NCBI RefSeq assembly: GCF_001194135.2
Contig: NC_069000.1
Location: forward strand, 28,203,104 to 28,267,103
Reading direction: 5' to 3'
DNA length: 64,000 bases
Source: Octopus bimaculoides
Taxonomy: Eukaryota
Each line of letters starts with the position of its first letter. Within the stretch, counting starts at the first letter, position 1. A program made the position numbers and the translations under genes. This document shows positions 1 to 10,079 of this stretch, in pieces. A model generated the notes under the pieces. It saw only the letters and a list, made by a program, of their open reading frames with translations. It searched no databases and had not been told where the DNA came from.

Positions 1-870
1 TCTGTCAATATTGAGATCCTGAAAACTGGTTGAGGAAAATCCAAAGCAACCTGCACAAGAATGAGCAAAACGGTTCAATTTAAGTTGCATGTCAATCATA
101 AAATTCCTTCATGTGTCTAAACTTGGTCAGTGGGTCCCTCATCATCTGACTACTCAGCTTAATCAAAGAATTGCCCTTCTCATTGAAGCATAGACTTTCT
201 ACCAAACCTTTGCAAAGTAGAATCATCACAAGTGATGAAAAGTGGGTTCTCTATAATCATATGCAATAGAAATGACAATGGTTAACCTGCAATGGAAAAG
301 GAGAATCCATCCCCAAACCAGGACTACACTTGAAAAAAAGTTATGCTGTGTTTAGTGGGATATGAAGGGGGTTGATTATCATGAACTGTAAAACTAAAAT
401 GAAAGAGCAGTATTGCTGTCCATTAGAAGCATTGCACAAAAATTTTCAGAAAATGCACCCATCATTGGTTGGTTGTAAAGAGGCATTGCTCTTATACAAT
501 AAAGTAAGATCACATATTGTCCAAGTCACTGAGGAAAATATTATGGCACTGAATATGGAAGTTTTGCTTCATCCTCCTGACTCCCCTGACCTTCCTCCAT
601 CTGACAATCTTCTTTTCAAATCATTGCAACATTATTTCGGAAAAAAGCAATTTATTAATTGTGAAGAGGTTAAAAATGATATTCTGACTTTCTTTGCTTC
701 AAAACTTGAAGAATTTTATGCCCAAGGGATCCATAATTTGCCCAAATTGATGCGATTAAGTTATCAATAATGAGGGAAAATATCTTGATTAAGTATATCA
801 AGGATGACCAAAGAAGCATTTGTTTCTTTCCCAGCTTGAAATGTGATAGGATTTTCTTTCTGATCTAATA
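1..870 (+). mobile_element. Decayed mariner-family (DD34D) DNA transposon, 5' part outside window
   Basis: WVPHHL motif near 130; DEKWV-like first Asp region near 235; ORF 372-770 carries HPPDSPDLPPSD (YSPDLAPSD) and GIHNLPKL; frameshifts and stops; TIR-like end ...ctgatctaata|ta near 870. Confidence 0.85.
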
Positions 871-986
871 TATATGTATGTATGTGTGTGTGAGTGGGTG
901 GATGTATGTATGTACATATGTATGTGTATGCATGTGTGTATGTATTTATTTTTCTTTGAGTTTTATTAAATTCTTAAGAGAGTTAA

Positions 987-1197
987 CTCTTTAGTGGCCA
1001 TATCTAGCCAAAATATTCTACCTGCTTTATGTTCAAACTGGCCAGATTTTACCTCTCACACTTATCCTACAATGTCAACCTAAAAATAAGCTACTCCAGC
1101 ATCAAAATCTTGAAACTACAAGACTATGCATGATTAATTCAAAACAATGTGAATAAATAAGCATTACTTTTGACAGAGTATCCTGAATGCTAAAGGG
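987..1197. mobile_element. piggyBac-type MITE
   Basis: TTAA at 983-986 and 1198-1201 flanks inverted ends ctctttag.../...ctaaaggg; a partial second copy lies at about 17540-17720. Confidence 0.65.
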
Positions 1198-1299
1198 TTA
1201 AGGCTGGTCACTAATGAAGCAAGACTTTTTTTTAGCTAAGAAAGTTCCTGGTGCTTGTAAAATATGCGGTTTGTTGGTTCAGCTGTTGATGCTCACACC

Positions 1300-2072
1300 C
1301 AAGTATGTGCATCTATCCACCTAAGAAATTTCTGATGGAGAATTTTTGTGTGAATACATGTTGGTTCTGGTATGCTTTTGATGTATACATCAGAACAGTC
1401 CTTTCTGCAGATAGCATTGTAAATAGCCTTTGAAACTATACCATGCCTCAAGGGCAGGTAGTATCTCATAGATATTTTGGGGTAGCTGCTGATGAGGTGG
1501 GTGATATCCTCCACACTGGTATTGCAGAGCTGGCATTTTTTATCACAATGTGGAGGTTTGGTGGTATCTTTATCCCTATTGTTTATCAGGTATTTAGCAG
1601 CTATCTTCTGTTCCTGGACAACAAAGGCATATCCTTCTAAGTGGAATGTAATGTAACGATTATAAGTCCAGGAGAGGCTACTCTTCCTGTCAATGTTGTC
1701 CTGTAGCTCATGTTTTTGTATAGATTTATTGGTACATAGCTTAATGCACCTATGATAGTTACTAATGAGAATTCATAGTCAGGGTACAAGAGCTGTAAGC
1801 TCTGCATTAACTCATCATAAATGTTTTCTTGTTCCTGGACTTTTGATTGTACATTCACATCCGCGGGGCAGCTGACCTCTACAACAGTGCATGACTTTTA
1901 TTCCCTGTCCCATTGAACATCAGGTCTATTATGTTTGCACCGAATTGCTGTTTTTATTGGAGTGTTCCATCTGTATTCCTTGTTTTAAAGGAGTGAATAC
2001 CTACAGGTTCTGACATGCTTTTGATGTATAGGTCAGCGCAAACTTGCAGATAACGTTGTAAATAGTCTTTGT
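1300..2072 (-). mobile_element. Two adjacent fragments of an R4/Dong-like non-LTR retrotransposon (restriction-like endonuclease type)
   Basis: Minus-strand translation gives EGYAFVVQEQ...KCQLC...EDITHLISS..RHG (zinc knuckle, RH motif) at 1712-1330 and HNRPD...VVEVSCPAD...ENIYDEL...TIIGAL (PD-D/ExK nuclease) at 1955-1712. Confidence 0.75.
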
Positions 2073-2084
2073 AAATGTACGTAC

Positions 2085-2135
2085 GTATGTACAGACAGAC
2101 AGATAGATAGATAGATATACAGACAAACAGAAACA
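2085..2135. repeat. (GACA)n/(GATA)n microsatellite
   Basis: acagacagacagatagatagatagat seen directly. Confidence 0.9.
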
Positions 2136-2139
2136 GATG

Positions 2140-2236
2140 CAGATCAAGAAAGAGGCACGGAGGTGAGGGAGAATAGTAGAATTGCCATTGAGAGTTGTAA
2201 AGAATAGTGTTGAAATACTTAACGAAGAACAACAAG
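2140..2236 (+). other. Candidate non-coding first exon of the SNX21-like gene (start approximate)
   Basis: Strong donor CAAG|GTAAGA at 2236/2237, then a ~500-nt pyrimidine-rich tract and acceptors at 2730, 2752 and 2849 ahead of the ATG at 2850. Confidence 0.45.
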
Positions 2237-2849
2237 GTAAGACAACCTCGTATAATGTTTATTACTGACACTTCCGCTTTCTATTAACAGCTGTCTTACT
2301 ATCTCTCATTCTCCCTTTTCATACTCTCTCTTTGTTTACTATTTACTCTTCTGTCACTCTCTTCCTTATTTTAAAATTTTATCTTTAGAAAAGTCTCTCA
2401 ATCGTTTTCCCTTTCTCACACTCATTCCCCACATTTTCTTACTCCGTTTTTACCTTCTCTTTTTTCCTCTAACTCTTTTACATTTTATACTACCCACTTT
2501 ATACTCATTATCTTTCATCAATTTTTCCCGTGTTCTGCTACTCTACTTCTCTCAATATCTCCCACGCACTCTGTTGCTCCACCCATCTTCATCAGTACCA
2601 CCATCACTCCCTTCATCTTTATTTTCTCTATATTGATTTGCTATCCTCAATTTCCCTTCGCCTAATCGTTGCTGTCATTGCATAATCTCTCTCTCTCTCC
2701 TATTGTTCGTCGTCGTCTTTTCTCATTCAGCAATTCTTTTGACTTTATTTAGGCGTTCGTTCAGCCAGTCGGGATGAAGTCGGAAATCTTCATTTTACGG
2801 TGATGCGTATTATTACTACAATTATTATTCGTCGTCTTCACATGCACAG

Positions 2850-3270
2850 ATGGCTTCTCTTTTAAGGAAATCATTTATCAACCAGTATCTAGATAAGGAA
2901 ACTAATAAATCCGATTCAGAGAGGAGCAACAGCTTCATTGCGGCTACAGATGCTGATAGTGCTACAGGAAGATGTTTACCGCAACACTCGCCGTTTCGCT
3001 CTCATCTTGCGCCAACAATATCAATACCAACTTCATCACCGACTCAAACATCGCCAGTGCTGACCCCAAATGACAACCATCAAATGCGTTGGCATTGGTC
3101 ACCCAACAGCCCCTGTCAAACAGTGAATGAACCATTATTCATGTCCGACCAAGAGGAACTAGCGTCCCTTGCAGACGAAATGGATGATGATAACTTCGCG
3201 AACCTGGGGACTTTGTCATTTTCAGAAGATGAAGAAGCTCGAAATTCTGCCACTGATATCGTCAAGACAG
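2850..3270 (+). CDS. SNX21: Sorting nexin-21-like, coding exon 1 (acidic, Ser/Pro-rich N-terminus)
   Basis: ATG 2850; DEMDDDNFANLGTLSFSEDEE resembles human SNX21 EDDDAEGLSSRLSGTLSFTSAEDDE; donor ACAG|GTGCTT at 3270/3271 (phase 1), after which the ORF runs into microsatellite. Confidence 0.8.
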
Positions 3271-3384
3271 GTGCTTATCCATGCATATATACATATATGT
3301 ACGTACGTAGACAAATGATACACATAGATTCGAACAAACCCACCCATCCACATATGCATGTGTTATCTGTCTACCTATGTGTTA

Positions 3385-3405
3385 GCGGGTGTGTGTATGT
3401 ATGTG

Positions 3406-3454
<49 letters not shown>

Positions 3455-3490
3455 CATACGTACATACACACACACACACAGATATACACA
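3385..3490. repeat. (TG)/(TA)n/(CA)n compound microsatellite
   Basis: Seen directly; explains the YIYIYI/THTH tail of ORF 2850-3560. Confidence 0.95.
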
Positions 3491-4065
3491 CGTGCAGGTA
3501 TATAAGTGTTTAAGCGAACATACCTGTATATTTTTATATTTGCGTATGTGCATTATGTAGGCATGCATGTAAATTATACAAAAGGATTTTCAAGTATAAA
3601 GTGAAAAAGCTCTCAATACTATACAGAATGTAAAATTGATAGTGCTATATGTAATACCTGTGTGTGTATGTGTATATACGCTTGAACGTGTATATACGCT
3701 TGAATGTGTATATATACAAAATGTTTCTTTTACGCCCGTAATAAGTTTTTCATTATATCTTTAGACATTTTGTTTAGAAATAGATTATTTTATGCACATA
3801 TGTATTTATTTACATCTCTCTCTCTCTCTCTCTCCCTCACATATATACCTGTGTAGATAAATGCACAAAAATAACTTATATATCCTAAAAGAAATTTCTA
3901 TACCTAATTGAGAAGTATCACTTCCGTAAAAGTATATTTCATACAATGTATGTATGCATGTACGTATGTATTAATGTGTGTGTGTGTGTGCGCGCGCACA
4001 AATAACGCATGCACAAATGTGTATTGATAAATGTATGTTTATATAAACATATATATATGTTTATA

Positions 4066-4220
4066 TCTTTACGTTCTGAGTTCAAATTCCGCCGATGTCG
4101 ACTTTGCCTTTCATCCTTTCGGGGTCGATAAATTAAGTACCAGTTGCGTATTGGGGTCGATCTAATCGACTGACCCCTGCTCCCCCCAAAATTTCGGGCC
4201 TTGTACCTCGAGTAGAAAAG
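4066..4220 (+). mobile_element. tRNA-derived SINE, family B (5'-truncated, CpG-rich copy)
   Basis: ctttacgttctgagttcaaattccgccg..gtcgactttgcctttcatcctttcggggtcgataaattaagtacc; related copies at about 8476, 19720, 19905, 33770 and 60470. Confidence 0.8.
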
Positions 4221-4879
4221 GAGAAATGTATCTTTATATATGTCTGGTGTATGTGTGTTGTTCTATAAAAAGCTCTATATAGAATGTACGTTTACGTACA
4301 CATACGTGCATACATAAAAAAAATCATACATACATATATACATGCATTTAACCTTGTTAACTTTTCTATCAACTTGTTTTTATTATAGTATTGCTAGTTC
4401 AATGTATGTAGTCAAGACAGGAATGTATAAGTGCGTGTTCATTCTTTTGCCGAGATACTTTAGTGTTGATATCTTTCAATGTATTTCAAATCGGTAGTTT
4501 TTGCTTGGTTCTTGAAGAAATACATAACACCCTCAACGTCCACCTCTGTAAAACAAGCTAATGGAAAACATGCCACCAAAGAATCAAAATCAATACTATC
4601 GTCTAATATTGATACCATAACCATAGTTATCATTTTCTACCAGCATAATAACAGTAACTTCATTTGCTTCCAGGATGATGGATGAGGGGGAAAAGTTACA
4701 CACGTCTAAATTGGGGTTTTACTTTGAAAAATCCAAATGAGAAAAAAAATCATGAAATATAAGTATGGATGGTATACAAATAATGAAAGATAATGATGCA
4801 ACCTGATGCAGGAGGACTTCCATCTTGAGCCATTCAAAGGCCTCCACAGATATAAACTCACATTGAATGCCAAGGGCAA

Positions 4880-5700
4880 GATCCCTTTGCAAATGCTGTT
4901 GTTAAACTTAGAGCAGTGTCATCTACTCTTGCCATGATTCACCACTTACACTAACTCTTCAAAGTATTTATTCTAAGAGAGCACCTCCTTTCTCTGTCCT
5001 TATTCTCCTTTTCACGTGAAACCAGAAGGCTCTACCAAAGAGCAAAGTCTCTGTCCTGAGACCTTTCAACCTTGTCCACCACTCAACTTCTTTCACTATA
5101 GTCACCAGACAAAAGAAAATTGGCTTCCCTGCCCAGTTAAAGGAATCATCACAATGGACTCTGCTCATAGCCTGATCCACCCAACATGCAACAGCATCTG
5201 TTCAGTACAATTCCAAAAGTCATCAATGACCAGACATTGCGTGCAGAATGGTTTTGTTGCTCTGTGTGAAAACAGGTCTGCCTATAGAGTTGATCTTGAA
5301 CTGATATAGCCTCTTGCCAGCACTGGCAAGCTAAGGACTTCTAGAAGTTATCCATGAGCCCTTGAACCAATTCATTTTTATCAATACTCAGAGCTTCTTC
5401 AAGAGTGTTTTTACTCTTCCCCACTACTAATTCTCTATAAATTGCTGGAGTGGAACATCCACCAATCCTGTTGCCCAGGTGACAGAGGGCTGAGTGCCCG
5501 ACTTCATTATAAACGTCAGGTGCCCAGATTCACCTTTGGCTACAGCTCCATATGGAAAGATATGCCTCATGGACTGTGACCATATCTATTCATTATCTAG
5601 GAACCCATGTTGGTGGCGCAACCTCAGTGTCTACAAATCAGCAGCCATTGCATGCCTAGCCTGCCAGATTGAGGGTGCTGACGAGTGGAATACATCCTTT
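4880..5700 (-). mobile_element. Decayed L1/Tx1-like LINE, C-terminal region
   Basis: Minus-strand pieces QHPQSGRLGM (xPxxxGGLG-like), TILHA (knuckle His), KEVEWWTRLKG and FHVKRRIRTE, with many stops. Confidence 0.5.
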
Positions 5701-8050
5701 CTAGAAGTTGAATAGCAGATGTTCCAATCGAATCACATAATAATTGGAGCAAGGCTTAATAGTCAGGTAAACAATACTGGAGGCGCTAATAATTTCTTAT
5801 ATAGGCACAAGGCTAGAAATTTAAGGGGAGGGTGTAATTGACTTGGATAAGGTTAACACATTTCACACAATTCTACCATTGATACTCAATGCAAGGTAGG
5901 CTTTGCTGTTGGTCTGAAAACTGAGCTATATCAAATGTTATACTTTGGAAATTTCTGCACCCTAACAGATAACAAGGCCACTCAACTATCATTACCATTT
6001 ATCATCCATTTTTCCATTTTATCTGATGCTTGAACAAAGTTTACCAAATAACATTTCTTAGTAACTTCTTACTTAGACTCAAGACCAGAAATTTGGTGGG
6101 AATGTATCGTTGATTACATTAATCCCAGTAATTAACTGGTACTTTAATTTATCAATCATGGAAGATCAAAAGCCACAGGTTAACCTCAACAGGATTTGAA
6201 CTCTGAAAGGACCATAACTAAAACCCTCTTGGTTGTACGTCCAATGGTCTAAAAATCTAAAAGTACTGACAATTCATTAAATAATCATGTAGATTGATGG
6301 AAAGAATCAAAGGGTTTAGATTATCTGCATTTGATATCTCTGTTTTGAGTTCATATTCTGCTTTAGTTATCTATGTTTTATGTCTCCCACCTACCTATGA
6401 GGGTATTGATGAAATATGTACCAGTAATATATTAGTACCCAATTCAATAGATCATACCCGTCTCCTTCCAAGATTGGCAATGTGCCAAATCAAAGGAAAC
6501 TTTTATTAAATTGCAGCAACAACCATACAGTATCAGTGTCCCAGGCCCTTTCTGTTCCTGAGTATAGAGCCACAAACACTTTTTATTGGTTTTTATCTAG
6601 AGGAAGGGGTCTTATTTATTACTTTTGGTAAATCATGAACCTCACATTTTATTTCCCCACCTCCAGTACCTCCAATAAAAATTAGAATAAGAAAAGCAAA
6701 CAAAACAAAACATAACCTACCTATCTATCTACATACATGTATGCATATATACTTACTAACTTATACTGTACTGGAGTTGATTCCTTCATCTCTGTTGTTC
6801 TTCAGCTGTGATAAATCAAAGGCATTCCAGCCATGATCAACTTGTCAAAAACAAGGGATAGTCTGTGCAACTTCGGCAATCTCACACAATTTTTTGAATA
6901 GTTATTTTTAGTTTTGTTATTGATATTTACACCTTTTATGATATAAATAAGCAAAAGATATACACACAATAGTAAGGAAAACACTTGCCTTATCAGCCTC
7001 AATACATTACTGGTACATACTGAATCTACAACACAGTCACTTGAATAGCTATAAAGAGCAACCAGATCTTTCTTGAATCATACTCCACTGACTTAAAAAA
7101 AAAAAAAAACAAGGATACATTAAAGATAACGTGGTACTATATACTCCTAAAAAGGCTGGTCATGACAGGAATGTATTTGATCATAGATCTGTCAAACAGA
7201 GTCGTCCTAGAGCTACACAACAACTGTGGCATCATTTGACAGAACATAGAATGAAACTAAATACAGCAGGGCATTTGCTTTCACATTTTCCACACATTGG
7301 TTATAAGATTAATTGTTGATATTTGTGGGCTGCCAGTCAAGAATTGAAGTTTCAATTGACTAAACACTCACCCAACAAACATTTCAAACTTTTTGTCTGT
7401 ATTGCACATCAATATTTTTTGCTTGGCAGAATTTTTTTAAACATCAGATAAACTAATTTGCTGTATTTAGTTACAGTAATTAATAATTTTGCTATGGTTG
7501 ATTTTGTCTTTCATATTTCTGGAGTTGATTGGCATGAATTTGGTAAATACACCACATATGTGCTGTCCTGTCACTTTGCCTTCTCATTAGTGGTCTTTAG
7601 ATTCCCAAAGTTAACTTTTCTCATGCTTATTACTTCTATTCATGCCTTCTTGACTCACTCGTTTTTCTTCCTTTCATCCATTATATAGTGCCCACCCCCA
7701 TTCAAGACTCACATTAATCACTTTTTTGCAGTCCCTCTTCCCTAAAAGATTTTCTCTTAGGAATTTCTGCCTGGCTTATGTTTTCCCAGTAGTTGTTAAA
7801 CAGGTTCAATTGCATCAATCTCACTGGTTGGCTCTGTAAACACTATGGTCACCAGCCACTTCATCCACATCTAACCATTTAAAAGAAGTCCCAGCTCGAC
7901 ATAGGGTCGGGGCTGGGGATCTTTATCCTCCCTTAAACTTTGTGATTGGTTAAATCAGTAAAGTCAGATTTGATAATATAAGAATCAGTAATGTACTAGA
8001 TCAGTGCAATTGAGTTCAAAATGCCTTGTACTCTACTCTCTTTTATTCTT

Positions 8051-8450
8051 TTACTTGTTTCAGTTATTTGACTGCGGCCATGTTGGAGCACCGCCTTTAG
8101 TCGAACAAATCGACCCCAGGACTTATTCTTTGTAAGCCTAGTACTTATTCTATCGGTCTCTTTTGCTGAACTGCTAAGTTAGGGGACGTAAACACACCAG
8201 TATCAGTTGTCAAGCAATGTTGGGGGGGGGGGGGCAAACAAAGACACACAAACATATACACACACGTATATATATATACATATATATGATGGGCTTCTTT
8301 CAGTTTCCGTCTACCAAATCCACTCACAAGGCTTTGGTCGGCCCAAGGCTATAGTAGAAGACACTTGCCCAAGGTGCCACGCAGTGGGACTGAACCCGGA
8401 ACCAGGTGGTTGGTAAGCAAGCTACTTACCACACAGCCACTCCTGCACCT
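8051..8450 (-). mobile_element. tRNA-derived CORE-type SINE, family A, full length
   Basis: Head GTGGCTGTGTGGTAAGTAGC...GGTTCAGTCCCACTG and CORE-like ACCTTGGGCAAGTG on the minus strand; internal (TG/TA)n; at least six other copies in the window. Confidence 0.9.
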
Positions 8451-8880
8451 AGTAGACATTTAGTTACAAACTTTTATGTTCTTAGTTCAAATTCAATTGA
8501 GGTCAACTTTGCCTTTCACCCTCCTAGAGTTGATAAAATTCAATACCACTCAAGAACTGGATCAAAAAGATCTTAGAAGGGAATGAACTCTTTGCAAAAA
8601 AAGCACCCATGATCAATTTTAGTTCCTCCTAAACTTGGTAGATAGAAGTGAGGGAATTATCTCTGAAAGCTGTTTCTGTCTCTTAACTATAAAAGAATAT
8701 ACAGTGGTTATGTGGTTAAGGCAGAGGTCTACTAAAAACACTACTTGTCATTGTTGCTTAGCCCTATAATCAAAGGTACTCATTATGACCATCCTACCAC
8801 TTTCCCATGCATAGTGTATCTTTAATATTATATAAATTATTTACAGTTGACAGATATTTGTCCTCATCTTGTTTGTTATT

Positions 8881-8926
8881 AACACAACATTTCGGCTGAT
8901 ATACTCTCCAGCCTTCATCAGGTGTC
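8881..8926 (-). ncRNA. Minimal type I hammerhead ribozyme motif (Penelope-type), left arm
   Basis: gacac-CUGAUGA-a-ggcug-gagaguauau-cagcc-GAAA-uguu-guguu: stem I acac/gugu, perfect 5-bp stem II, loopless stem III. Confidence 0.75.
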
Positions 8927-9194
8927 TTGGAGAAATTTCGAACCTGGGTTCTCATTCCTTAGGTATTTCTCGATGTTATTATTATTATTATTCAGGTCAC
9001 TGCCTGGAAATTAAACTCAGAATTTTGGGGTTAGTAGCCTGCGCTCTTAACCACTATGCCATGTGGTATGGTGGTTAAGAGCGCTGGCTACTAACCCCAA
9101 GATTCTGAGTTTGATTCCAGGCAGTGACCTGAATAATAACAACAACATCGAAAAATACCTTAGGAATGAGAATCCAGGTTCGAAATTTCCCCAA

Positions 9195-9239
9195 GACACC
9201 TGATGAAGGCTGGAGGGTATATCAGCGAAATGTTGTGTT
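9195..9239 (+). ncRNA. Minimal type I hammerhead ribozyme motif (Penelope-type), right arm
   Basis: gacac-CUGAUGA(9200-9206)-a-ggcug-gaggguauau-cagc-GAAA(9227-9230)-uguu-guguu; one C missing from stem II relative to the left arm. Confidence 0.7.
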
Positions 9240-10079
9240 AACAATAAACAAGATGAGGACAAATATCCGTCAATTGTAAATAATGTACATAATTCCTCCT
9301 CTCTTAAATATAGAACTGTATTATTTAAATTGTCTTTACATTTTTAAGACAAAAGAGCATAGTTTGAAGATTTGAATAAAATCAAGTCACCATGTAGATA
9401 CTTCCTTGTCATTTTCAAATCTTTTTAGCTATTACTGTTTACCGTTGGGCAAGACACATCTTTCTGTTCCTAGTTTGCCTGATTGATAAAAACAAGTTGG
9501 AAGGGCATGCAGCTTAATTACTAACCCAACTCATGCAAGTAAAGAAAAATGAGGGCAAATATAAAAAATGGAGTGGGCAAGTGTTAACAATAATAGTTAT
9601 AAAAGAAAAATTAACTGAGCACATGGGTGCAAGGGGAATAAGAAGTTTGTTTCTTGGCAAACATAATTCCGGATACACTCCCACTTCATGGCTCCTTGCA
9701 CAATTGCCTTCTACCAAAGTCTCATGAATAGAATTTGGTACATGCAAACTGTGGTTCTGGGTTTCATCCTACAGCATGGCACTTTAAGCAAGTGTCTTCT
9801 CCTAGAGATTCAAGTTGCCCTCTGAGTGAAATTTGGTCAATGGAAACTACAAATGCTTGTTAGGTATATATTTGTTTTACATATTTTCCCATGCCAGTAA
9901 GATTTGGATGATTATTTATTACTGGGGCATTATTACAGCCATTTCCCTTTCCTGTCAGTCACCTATATCTGTTTTCCAAGTAAAGAATTTTTCATTTCTC
10001 AAAAGTAGAGCTGCAGGATGATTTATGTCAATATAATTTCAATTTTGTTGGAGTGAATATAAGTGAAATAATACCAAGG

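Larger units (their letters stand above)
8836..9320. mobile_element. Palindromic element: two head-to-head units, each tRNA-like head + (AAT)n + hammerhead core
   Basis: Arm 8836-9060 is the near-perfect reverse complement of 9065-9284, with a 4-nt spacer atgt; the right arm has a ~35-nt extra tail. Confidence 0.9.

Noticed and set aside
2850-3560. 236-aa ORF as a single-exon protein
   Set aside because: After the donor at 3270 it runs into intronic (TA)n/(CA)n; only 2850-3270 is coding.
4470-4700. Protein-like minus frame FDSLVACFPLACFTEVDVEGVMYFFKNQAK and + ORF 4479-4685 as a missing SNX21 exon
   Set aside because: No usable splice pair in the needed phases and no family recognised; probably TE debris.
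9065-9130. tRNA gene (Ser-like ACT loop)
   Set aside because: No complete cloverleaf or acceptor stem; it is a SINE-type head. The same applies to all family A, B and C heads.
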